A stretch of DNA of 63,874 nt, counting the filler, from Sphacelaria rigidula (lineage: Eukaryota): the NCBI GenBank assembly GCA_964200075.2. It is 9 parts of 9 records of this genome, joined end to end, with 100 filler letters (N's around TTAATTAATTAA, not from the genome) between each part and the next. Parts side by side here need not be neighbours in the genome. Positions count along the whole stretch, not along the records: positions 1 to 7,009 come from CAXNAA020016975.1; positions 7,110 to 14,118 come from CAXNAA020016976.1; 7 more parts are not named here. The stretch is one strand, 5' to 3'. Of the stretch, positions 1 through 11,500 are shown in pieces. A model generated the notes under the pieces. The model worked only from the letters and a program-made list of their open reading frames with translations, searched no databases and was not told the origin of the DNA. The translations under genes and the position numbers were made by a program. Within the stretch, counting starts at the first letter, position 1. Every line of letters begins with the position of its first letter.

Positions 1-2371
1 TTTGGATGAGATAAGGGGCTCCTAACAATTTCAATCTCAGAAATTATTTCTGTACCCCTACCGCAGCATCACTCACGTAGGATCCGCTAGCATTGCTACC
101 GTCTGTACGGAGGTGTTACCCCCTTTTCAGATACGTTTTGGAGGATGATACGAGATGAAGATGATCCTTTCTTGTACATGGGCACCAAACGCTGGGCATT
201 CTCACTCAAGACTTCGACTTGGAGGATGATACCAGGTAGGCAGCGGGAACTGCTGTGTGTCCAGGTCCCTTTGGTGCAGGATGCGTCTGGTGTTGTTTGA
301 AAAAGTTATCCCCACAAAACCGAAATCAACAGGGATTTTAGAGTAGAAAAATCTAGCAAAAAAATATCGCAAGAAAGGGGTCGCAAAAATCCTGTCGCAA
401 AAACGGAGTCGCAAAAACCGCTCAGTCGAATTTGTACCCGCAGCAGAAACCAATTTCACTTTGTGAAATTGGAACAGCAGAACACATCCGGGGGGGGGGG
501 TCGCCACTTGACCGAAGGAGGGGGACTGGTGATCGTGTCGGAGGGCGTGGTATGAAACCTGGCCGTCCGTCGGTGCAGGACCCTGCACGCGAGCGATGGT
601 TGCTTTTCTCGTGGCAGCTCGCGTGGTAGTTCAAGACGAGGTGATGCGAGTTCAACTGCCATGCCACCTACTTTTTTGAGTCAGTCCGCCGCTGCAGCGG
701 CAGTAGATCAGGTTTTCTAGGTAAGGCGGACACACACAGAGAGAAGGAAATGGACCCGTGTTTCTAAATTGATGGGAACGAGTTGCGAACTGCTTGTGAT
801 GGAGCCGATGGTGTCAGTACTTGACGTATCAGTCGGGAATGGTGTGTTTGGGGAGGAGGCCAACGTGAAGTTAGAAATGGCCGTGCCTGCCCCTTCTCAC
901 GTCCGCAGCGTTGTTCCCCTCCCGAGAGATAGCTTGATGAGAGATTTTTTGCCCCCGTTTGTTTCGTAGGTGACATTTTGCATGATGGATGTGTCGACGC
1001 ATCAACGTTCTGACAGCGAAGCACTCCATTTCAAGTCTGCTGAAGCCAATCCACCACACACTTCGTGAACGAAGCGAGTTATGAAGAACCTCGTGTAGGC
1101 GTACATTGTTTTTCAGACGAGAGGTATTGATTGACCACCGGTCAATATAGAAACTGTAGCGCATCTACCTGCTACAAAATACGGTCTTCGTACCGGAGAC
1201 TTACACGTAGCTGGTGACATGAGGGTTGTGAGAGCTACGCAAGTAGCGAGCATCTATTGGTCTGCCGGAAGCACTACGGTCCTGCAACAAATGGGTCACC
1301 ACTGACATTCACACATCGCCTTGTCACGCTGTACAATTCCGCCAAGACTACTGGGGCATTCATGCGTCACTTTGCTGCTGTCGAGAAAACAGTTCTGTTA
1401 CGGCACCCACATGGTGCGGCGAAGACAACCAGCGCCGCTATTAGAGTCATCAAAACGCATTGTACTGAAAAATAGGCTTGCATCCGACCACCACTTGTTG
1501 TCGAGAGGCGTCCTACATTTGCAGCCACCAACCATGTTCGCTCACGACTGCCGTGTCGAGGTGTGACGGAAATATGACTCGCCCTGGTCACTGCGTTATT
1601 GTCCTTGGCTTGAGCATTATCTGTGGCAGGTTGCAGGCGTCGGACAAACATGAAATCGCATGCACAAGAAACACGCGCATTTGCCGTGTGGTGCACAAAA
1701 ACAGATGCATGCGTGTCAATACCAAAGAACAGATAAACGCTTTCGAAGACGACGTGAAACGAAATGAGGGCGTTCGCTCAGGTGTTCGCCTCTCTACCGC
1801 GAACAGCCCTCGTTCTGGCAGGGAGACATCATGGATAGCGCTCTGTGGATGACGCCAACAACGCCCCCGTCTGATGGCAAAATGTTAGCCTTGGACGCTC
1901 TCCTCGACATGGAAAGCATCCACCTCAGAGAACATCATGCATGCACCGATGTCTATGATACGACAATGCCGTTAAGCCCACCCAAGCTTGAAACTTGGGA
2001 CGTTGCCAGCATTACAGATACGTAAACTCCTAGTCTGAAATATATTGGGGATAATGTAAGACACCTCGTCTGTTTGACCACACGTTGACTAAAAAACATT
2101 AGAAACGTTTGTTGGAATGACGAGAGCCTCGTTACCTTCGCCGCACTATATACATGCAGTATATTCAACAGGAGGTTCCGTTAGGATGAAATAGAACCGT
2201 AAGGCTGCGCAAACAGAACGCTGCATCACCCATCATCTCCCATGGTTTCAATAGTCTCCCTGAATTTGATGGTTACAACACACAACGCTCTTGAGGCAGA
2301 ATGGGCAGTAGACCGACATGATCACTCTCTGCTGTAAAACGATTCATTCAACACTACCCAAAATTGCTGAC

Positions 2372-5300
2372 CTCCAAGTCTTGCTTGTCCTTTTTCACGA
2401 TTCGCATGAGGTGTTGCAGCCCGTCGCGTTGTCCCTCCAGCGCCTGACGAGAGAGGGGATGAATAAGGAATTGATTTATTATTTTCAAGCATGTGTCTAT
2501 GAGGGACAAATATATGCACATGGCGTAAAAATTATACTAGTTTCATTGAAACACTTTGAAAAAAAATGAATGAAAATCCTCGACTCAGAGGTGGCACCAC
2601 GCTCCAAGTCTTCAGTCCAGTCTCATACGGGAGGGGAGGAGGGAGGGATGATTAAGCTCGCTCCACGTATTTCCGCTGCCACATGCAACCAAGCCTCACA
2701 AGTGAACTTGACTAGAGAGATTACATTCTGCTCATGGAACGAAGTGTGGATGTTTACTTGTTCCAAGATATCAGCTGATGTGAAACGCGAGACAGAGAAA
2801 CCAAACTCATGGGGGACCTGAAAATTCAAGAGCGATGGGCTCAAGTCTGGAGCTGCATGCACACCATCCCTCGCCCCGTAAAACCAGGGCAAGAAGATGC
2901 CAGATCATCCAATAAGTGTCAACGTGCAGTCAGGCCACACATACAGCTCCTGGAGTTGTGTTTCAGAGTAACTTCAAGCTGCTTGCTGGCAGCCAATCCT
3001 CGTCATTTAGCGTTACATCGTGGTTTGCTGAGCTCCTTCTACACATTTCCCGAGTCGAAAAGGGATAGGAACAACACAAACCAAACGAACAACCCAAAAA
3101 AAGGACTATATTAGAATATGAAGCGACAGCGCCAAGGATTATCATCGTGTAACGAAACAGTAGTTATGGATACAAAAACCCTGCCATGAGCATAGCATCG
3201 CAGAAAAAAAACGGCGGCAGCAGGAGCACAGCAGGCGAACGGCCAAGAGTGCAGCACTGTGAAACGAACACAGTATGGAACATACAAGATACAAAAAAAA
3301 AGCAGTCAGCCCCAGCGTACACACACACCATGCGCACAACGACTGGGAGTTGGAAGTGACGGAAAATGAGCACCCGTTCCCTCGCAAGAAAAATGCAGTT
3401 GTTGAGCAACAACGGCGTTCGGCCTCCGGAGGGATTTATCATCACGAAAAGTCCCCTCGATCCTTTTTGATCGACGAGTTTCTCGGTACGAGTAGTGTAG
3501 TATGCGAGCGTACTGTTTCACCAGTACAGCAAATCACGACATCGAGAAGGATCTTCTCACTCGCTGTACCGTCCCATGTGAAAACCAGCTGGAACCCGAG
3601 AGAGACCATATATCCTCCGGCGAGGAGCATACGGACGATGCCCAGGCAAAGTGTGCGCTGACAGAGCTCGAGACGTAGACTTCAGCTGACACACGTGCTG
3701 CGCAGCCTGGGCGAGCGCTGGGCGCGCGCACATGGGACTGTGATCCGTGCAAACATCTAAATATGATGTGACCTAAACTGCACAAAGGAGGCGTTGGGTG
3801 AGCGCTTGGAACTGCGACCCCCACAAATATTCCAAGGTTGTGTTCTGTGCAGTATACCCGAAAGTGGGGGATTTTTGGTTGGCATACTAAACCATACCCG
3901 AGATGTGTATCAAACATTCCGGTTTGGTTCGAAAGGGTGTCGAATCCTGTTGCGAACACTCTGGTATGGTCCGGAAGGGTATTTGCCGATAAAATACCCC
4001 TTTTTATACTTGGGTGAAAAAGCGAATTTCAGCCGATATACCCTGCAGAACACAACCCTGAAATATTCTAATACGATGGTCCACACTAGAGACCCACGCC
4101 GAAACCAAGGATACATTCAACAATCGCTTAATAGAGCCGGACTAGCAGTGGAGCCATCGGGCAAGGGGAGTGCAGGGAGTGCCCAAGGCCAAGTAAGAGT
4201 TTAGATGAGTACAGTATAGCAAACCGTAAAAACGGTACATCATGTGTGCAGCATTCGCGGCGTTTGCTGTGACATCATGACGACGGTGTGCGCGGTACGT
4301 GGCATTAACAGCCGTATCCTCCGACACGTATGACAAAAGGTAGCGAGAATCTTCTATGCTGGACAGGTACTGAGCGGTCATACATCATATGGTAATTTAA
4401 CATGGAAAAACACGACGCGAAAAAAATGCAGCGTCAAAACTACAACAACGCGGTGACAGCAAGCGTAGCTACTCTAGTGCGCAGTAGACGGTTACATTGG
4501 CAAACTTTGACTCACGTACAGTGATGGAAAATACCACTGCCGCTCCCGTGGTTGCCGACTAGTTTGGAATATAGTGATTTGTTTGTCAATAATTGGGGTT
4601 GTAGGTAGGGAACTTGAAGATGTCACCTCGTCTTTCAACCCCCCAATGGATAGGGAACCAGCAATCAGGGTTTGGAAGCAAATCAGAGACAAAACACGGA
4701 AGACACGCGATAACAGCAGTCGGAACCGGGCGCGGTTCCAAATGCTTCCAAAGCTCCATAGAGTGCACCGTCGTCGAGCTTACCGCGGATATCCTCTGAA
4801 CACTGCTGTGATGAAACATTGCCATGGCTTCTTCACATAGCAAAATCGTGTCTATCTCATTGTTTTCATACTTACCGCAGTTGTGATACTCCATGCACAT
4901 GCATGGATCCGTCACAATGCTTATGTACTCCACGCACTTGCCATACCCAACATGCCGTCGCCACCCGTAGGTGCTAGCAGCTCTCAACTCTCATCCCGCA
5001 TCTTCATAGACGCGAAACAGGCATACGCCTGTACTTCGGAGTTTTCAACTGCCTGCGGCGTGTACCTGCTGCCGGATGGCCGGCGTGAGGTTAGCTTATT
5101 TGTTCAGGTGCAGGTGCTCTAACCACGGTTTCGGTTTCATGTAGGGCCCTCTGCACGTCTGAGCACGGGTTTCACTGTGCACACTCATGTGAGCAACAAA
5201 CACAGTATCCCGCCAAGGCTCTTGCACTTCATGCTCAGTATTGCGTGTGACTTTTTGTACGCATCGTCGGATATTCGCATTGGAGTGATGACCGGAAGGG

Positions 5301-6322
5301 CAGCATTCCCGTACTTCGAAACGCGGGTATTAGAAGCTTTGCTACACATTGAAATGCCGTGGTCGACTTACAAATATCCGCAACTGCAGTAACACCTAGG
5401 GAGCACAAGTTGCTACTCATTTACTAGTCTACAGCTCTGCTGCGTTGCACCGACACTACTGTATGTTGCTCTGCGAGTGTGATATACTGCGCTTGTGCTA
5501 CATTGCAACTGTGCTGCACTGTGCTGTGTCAAATTCTGGCATTTTCCTGTGAAGAACGGGAGCTATGTGGCAATCGGCTGTGGTTTCATCTGTTCGTCAT
5601 GACGTAAGCTCAATCACGTCCTGTTGGGTTCCTCTGTATACCGCACCAACCTTCTTCCCTCCACACGCCAGGTTCCAGGCTCTGCTTTTATAGAGCCTGG
5701 CCCAACTTTCCCCTCAATCTATATAATCTTATCCCTAGGCTCGTACTAAAGTTTCCTTCAGTTTCGCCTCTGGGGGCAAGATCATCCAGTGTTTTCCGCA
5801 GTCATAATCCAATCTACAGCATGTTGATAACTCGACTCCGGGGGGAAAAAAACGAAAATAACTTCAGTGCGGTTGCGTATACCGCGAGTGCCAACACACG
5901 TGCAAAGCTTTTAGGTCGAAACTCCAGGGCTGCAAAGCGCAAAACGATTTTAATCGAAAGCTCTATCTCGGAACAATTTCAGTACAAGTCGAGGCTTGAA
6001 ACAAATTAGACACCCAAACCGGAATATGAACCCCATTTTATTCGTCCGTTTGTCATTTAGTATATGGGTTTGTTTCGCAGTTGAGATCGCTGCGCGATGC
6101 GGGCCACGGCGACCATTGCCTGGTTCCAAGCGCCCGGGGAATATAGGCTATTTACGCAGCGTGAAAGAAGTAGTAAAAGGGTGGTACTGATTGCCGATCG
6201 GTTTCCATTGCATTATTGTGAAGTGCCACATTCTTTGAAACCACACTCCATAGTACCTGGAAAATTCTCCGAAGTGTATCCGGGTCAGTGATCTCCTCCA
6301 CGTCTTCGGCCTGCCTCTCTCC
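2372..6322 (-). CDS. NUP54: Nucleoporin Nup54/Nup57, C-terminal exons (partial gene)
   Basis: Two phase-0 GT-AG exons, 6322-6257 (GERQAEDVEEITDPDTLRRIFQ) and 2443-2372 (ALEGQRDGLQHLMRIVKKDKQDLE), join in frame. The product resembles the Nup54 C-terminal helix (D..L..I.Q.L..Q..GL.HL..I.K.D..D). Upstream exons are not on this scaffold and the terminal exon is unresolved. Confidence 0.75.
3833..4060. mobile_element. hAT-type MITE (CAGGGTTGTGTTCTG TIR family), in NUP54 intron
   Basis: TIRs caaggttgtgttctg...cagaacacaaccctg, with a perfect 8-bp TSD aaatattc at 3825-3832 and 4061-4068. Confidence 0.9.
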
Positions 6323-6904
6323 CTGTTCACACAAGAAAAAACAAACACGAGAAAGATAGCTCAATCAATCCGTTATCCACGCTGGTCGACCCCCATGGTG
6401 ACAACAAAAGAAAAGGGGAAATAATAGCGGTCGTGCATACATGGTGCCACACAAGAACAAAGCTCAGTAAACGAAAATAACGCAGGTTAGGAGTAGTGAA
6501 CAATCAGGGGCGATGGCGACACCCAACATCGATCTCCCTGTAAACAATCCCTCGCACGCCTATGGGGTCCTGTTTACCGGGATATCTCGACGATATATAT
6601 GCCTCCAACGACATCGATCGGTTTTTTTCACTCCGTAGCATGCTGTACCAGGAAGCGCGGCGAGATTGGAAAGCACCGATATTAGTTGTTCCCGCCAACT
6701 CATCCCGAACTCTGCTGTGCGGGTTTCCTCATCGTGAATGAGCGCGTGAAAGATGCGTCCCGTCCATACAACGTCCGGCATCGACACAATGGCAATCCAA
6801 AAAGTGGAAAGACAAAAGAGGAATAGAGACAAGATACAGAATGCTGCCAACCGGCTTATGCAAGAAAAAGATCGCACAAGTTGGGGAGCACAAGTTGGGG
6901 AAAG

Positions 6905-7009
6905 GGGGAAGGGGGGTGTTCTCATGATCATGCATGCCATCGTCACAAGACTATTGGCCTCGCATCCCTACAAAGTCGGAACGGAGCACGCCGGGTTTTC
7001 GCCGGACCA
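6905..7009 (-). mobile_element. Short retroposon 3' end, family B (C-rich tail)
   Basis: On + strand, a G-rich run precedes gttctcatgatcatgcatgccatcgtcacaagactattggcctcgcatccctacaaagtcggaacggagcacgccgggttttcg. Homologous to copies at 11030, 14068, 46971, 49500, 49605 and 56700. Confidence 0.7.
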
Positions 7010-7109
7010 NNNNNNNNNNNNNNNNNNNNNNNNNNNNNNNNNNNNNNNNNNNNTTAATTAATTAANNNNNNNNNNNNNNNNNNNNNNNNNNNNNNNNNNN
7101 NNNNNNNNN
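7010..7109. other. Artificial scaffold linker (N44-TTAATTAATTAA-N44)
   Basis: 100-nt spacer with a six-frame stop motif. The same spacer recurs every ~7108 bp. Confidence 0.98.
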
Positions 7110-7835
7110 AAATTTGACATTTGACCCTTGATACCGCTCGTTCGTCTCGGGGAAGGGGGAGGATTGAAAATGCCCCCCCCCCCCCCCTGAAAAAGAAGAA
7201 AATATAATGGAAGGCACTATTAGACCTGCTGCTATATCCACGATTCGGGTCAATTTTATACTTTCTCCCGCCTCAAGCACACAGATTTGAGTTGTACATA
7301 CATCGGAAAAGTATATATTCAATGGAGTTTTCGTTTTTCAATCCCTTTTTTGCGTGTTCGCAGTCGTGCATTGAGGGAGGGTTTTATCGTGAAGATATCA
7401 ATGTTATCGGAGGACCCAACTCACATGTTCTTTTCCTGTTTCAGTAATGCAGCACCTGAAGACACCTATCGGTCGAGCATGCTTGCGTATTCATAGTTTA
7501 CATCGCGTGCGTCTGCTCTGAATCGTTAGTCCTCTTTGTGTGTCCTACAAGACAATCCAGTACGTGTTTCTTGCTGCTTTCCCGGCTGCTTGTTGAACTG
7601 TACAGAGGGATACAGGGGATAGAGGAGAGAGAGGGGAGACTACCGACTCACCTTCTCGAGCGGCTTCCTCTATTTCCGAACCTTCACAGAGACCAAGCCA
7701 ATCTGAACCCTCAACACTAAACAGAACCCTGACCCCAACAAAGGTAGCCCTTGAAGCTCTCAGCACGAGGGTTGCAGTCTCGTACCTCTCCCGTGTGGGT
7801 GTTTGGTTCCTTGCCTTCCTCTACAGGCTGTTTGA

Positions 7836-7925
7836 GTTATGGGGATTGGTGGTATGCTCCTTGCGCTCTGTGACCACGGGTTCGAGAGATCGAGCTTATG
7901 TGACGAACATAAGAATGATAATAAT
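7836..7925 (+). repeat. Interspersed repeat, probable LINE/SINE 3' end with (TAA)n-like tail
   Basis: gttatggg..ggtatgctccttgc.ctctgtgacca.gggttcgagagat.gagct.atgtgacg followed by ataataata. Near copy at 14233-14327 and partial copy at 19843-19900. Confidence 0.65.
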
Positions 7926-8512
7926 AGGAAGAACAAGAATAACATAATAATACATCACCTACAAGAGTAGAGCGTGATGTGCCTCGGTACACGAAGCGCG
8001 GTGCTCTGCCACATATCATCGTGCGGTGCGCTAGTGCACAGGGTGGCACAAGCGTGCCCCCTACTGCCTAGGGATCTCAACCACGCTGAGATTCAGTCAC
8101 AAGAAAAGAGAGGAGCACGCCCCCTGAGATGAAGAAACGTCCTTTTGTGCTATCGGCGTACGTTACCATCCGATGCATGTGGTCATTGTTTGAATGAACA
8201 TCCGCCGCCTGCAGCCTGTACGAGTAATGGCTGTTGGTGGCGGTGCACTCGTTGTTACTAAAAACGCGCGACCTCATTACAGGTCCGTACTTTTTGACTT
8301 TCCCACGGCATGTTGCGATTTCACGGGAGCCCCCCCTCTACCCCATGAATCTATCGAAACCCTACTTGCTTCCAAGCTTCCGGCCTTCCATACTCTTGCC
8401 GTTTCCATGGCCTGTTTTCATGCGATGGGAAAGAAAACAATTATCTATCGAAGATCCTTCCGTGTCCCTCCTTTTCTCTGATTCCCGTTGGGATTTCGCA
8501 TTATAAATCCAG

Positions 8513-11500
8513 TGCTTGGATGAAATCCAGCAGCAGTACGACGCCTTGATGGCGGAAGGCATTCTTCCCGCATCGACGCCGCTACCAGCGCCTCCCTCAA
8601 AGCTAGAAAAGAGTGTGAAGCCAACGGACGATGGCGAGGGGACTGGAGAGGGAGTTGGGTCTGGGGGGGAGCCGGACCCTGATCTAGAGCTTGACGATGA
8701 TGTCTCCGCTGCAGGGTAAGATAGGGGGGGGTGGTCTCCTGACTGCTTCCTTCGCCACGACTATAGTCGTTTTCCAGCAAAAGTAGTGCAATTATTGTCA
8801 ATATTCATCTTGTTCGGCAGAGACCACTGATGGTAGTAGGAGGTTTTTTCTTCTTTCAACCATTGCACGGGTCGGACGAATTAATGATTCCTCTGCGAAT
8901 TACTTGATATTGGTGTGATCGATTCGTACCGTTCGAATCAATCCTTAGACTTTGTTTTCAGCGTTGCAACTCAGGAACGCGCAGCCCAGGCACGTGGAAC
9001 GGCGTAAAAATTGCGTCAAGACATGTTTGACCACCGTTGAACTTGTTTTCTCTTTGTTGAGCAATCAGGCCTGAAAAATCGTGGATTTGGTGATTCGAAC
9101 CCGGGATGATTCGTCCGAACCGTGATATTATTGATGGGAGTTTGCTTCGTTAGTGAGGTATGTGTAGTGTGGATGGCGTGACGAGGGTGTAGGGACACGT
9201 AACCCGACCATGATTTTTGATTGAACGATTCATGTCCCGTCGGGGTATGCTGAGGCGTCAGATTATTCCTCATCCCTGGATGACCGATAATAAGTCTACA
9301 ACATATATATATTTCACATACACACATTCTCCCGATCGTTCAGACCTACCCACTGTCCTCGGCCCGCGCAGACCCGCGGCTAGCTGACAAAGATCATGTG
9401 AAGCTGGTATGCAAATGTTAGTACAGAGTTGTAGGACAACCAGCACTCGCATCCCGATACCATCTGACGTCAACCTATTTTAACGACTTCAACTACAACT
9501 CGTGGAGGTTGAACATCGATTTCTACCGAGTCATGATCCATTGTTTATTTGACTGGCTGATTGTCGCTCATTGACGACCCCCAAAGATCAAACCGTGTTC
9601 ACAAGGTGGACGTTCCCAAGGTTATCTGAACGTAAATACTCGCAAGGGGATGTGTTTGGTTTTCACAACAGAGCATACCACACCACACCACACCACGCGC
9701 TTACCTCTCTTCGTTGCACCCCCCCACTCACCCCTATCCACCCACCGACGGAAAACGTTTACAATACCGGAGATCAGTGTCAGGACAGCCATAGCTTCAA
9801 CAGTGGGGACCAGCGACAGCAGTAAAGCTTCCGTCCAACCACAGGGCATCGGGAGGACTAACAGTGCCGAGGCTGGTGGCGGAAGCGGTAGTGGAGCTTC
9901 AGGCGGAGCAAGGGGCAGGTCCACCGTGGCTACGAAGCGTCTACGACTGCTCTTGCTGCACGGCAATTCGGCGGCTGCTTCGCTACTGCTGCAGGTATGC
10001 TACTGCTGCAAGTAAGGGTATACTTTGCTCGCCACCGACGGGGAAGACGTAGGCACTGCGGCTGTACGCAGCTCCTTTGCGATCAACCCATGGAGTATGA
10101 TGGCAGTGGCAGTTGCGACAGGGGTAATTGAGTGTTGCTCACTCGATCGCCTGGTGTACTCGGGCATGAAGTCTCTTCTCGGACACTCGATGTGTATGAT
10201 CGGTCAAGCAAGGAAACATGTTTGGAATGGAGCGTTTTTGGTCAAAATCTTCTTTGACGCCCAGGCAATCTTCATTCCTCCTCCGCAGGATGGGGTTAGG
10301 CACGAAAGTAGTGGAACGAACCAGGGTCATGATCCAGATCACAATCTTGTGGGGGAAGGGGCCGATGATATCATGTTGGAGTTTCTGCGAGAAGCTGACA
10401 AATTATACACACGGGTGTTGCACCCGTGACGTTTTAGTATGTTTTTGTTTTACCCCTCAGCCATGCTTCAGTCGTGAGAGTATTCACTCAACCGTAACCG
10501 ACTATGTGGCAGGCATCCCATTTGATGCCTTGAATGACTGAGTGACTGATTGTTGTACGTTAACTGATGCCCCAGAGATCCAGAGATCCGGCCGCGGTCA
10601 CATGATAGACGTATCCGAGACGAAACAAGATTGAAAAACTCGAAAAGACGCCCTGCACAAGTGCAGCAGAGAAAGGAAGACAACACCTATTCCCGCCAGG
10701 TTCTCCCGAGGGGGGACTGAGTCGTGTGTTGCTCCTGACGAAAATATCGTGATGAGCTCTCGATGCACGAGATCCTCTGGCAGCGCACGGTTTCCCCTGT
10801 ATAAAAACTCGGGGTTGGAAGAAAGCATCATTGGCGATGTTTACCCCCCGTAATCTATAGTAGAGACGAAAACGGTATCATCTACGCGATATCACTTGTG
10901 TGTGTCACAATTGGTGTTATTGCTCCCCCTCCCCCCCAAGGGCCGAACAATCTTAGTAGAATGCGGCTCACCCTCCATGCGACCCGCCGAACAAATCACT
11001 GCGCTTCGCGCTTGGTGATTGAGTACATGTCTGGTCCGGCGGAAACCCAGTGTGCTCCGCCCCGACCTTGCGGGGATGCGAAGTCAATGGTCATTTGACT
11101 ATGGTATGCATGATCATGAGTAACCCTCCCCCCCTCCCCCCCTCCCCCCCGGCCCCCTCTTTTCTGCACTGTGCGCCAAATTGCAGGTGGCTCGTGAACT
11201 CCCCATGGGCATCCCGTCCAAGGTGGCGGAAAATTCCTTTGTGGCGGCGGAGAAACTGATCCTTGTACAGTTTCCCGTTCCAGAATCGGTGAGTGCTCTG
11301 GTCTGTGCTGGGACCGTGCCGAAGCTCCACCCGTGTGACTGTTGACGGTGGTCAGACTAGAGCTGTTCAAAAGTGTTGCATTTTTCTGATGATAGCACAG
11401 CAGTATTTGAGTTGCCAGTGGGTTGGTGAAAGACGACAAAGAAATGAAGAAGCGTTGAACAAAATGAACAAACATTCGAAGGTGTTATGGTATTAAATGT

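Noticed and set aside
2758-2817. Extra NUP54 exon (VPHEFGFSVSRFTSADILEQ)
   Set aside because: It has plausible splice sites, but inclusion would break the continuous Nup54-like helix formed by the flanking exons.
7054-7065. TTAATTAATTAA as a biological repeat or piggyBac site
   Set aside because: Embedded in N runs at a fixed period; it is a synthetic six-frame stop linker.
9930-9994. FSH1/OVCA2 serine hydrolase
   Set aside because: Only LLLLHG matches. No GFSQG nucleophile motif was found downstream.
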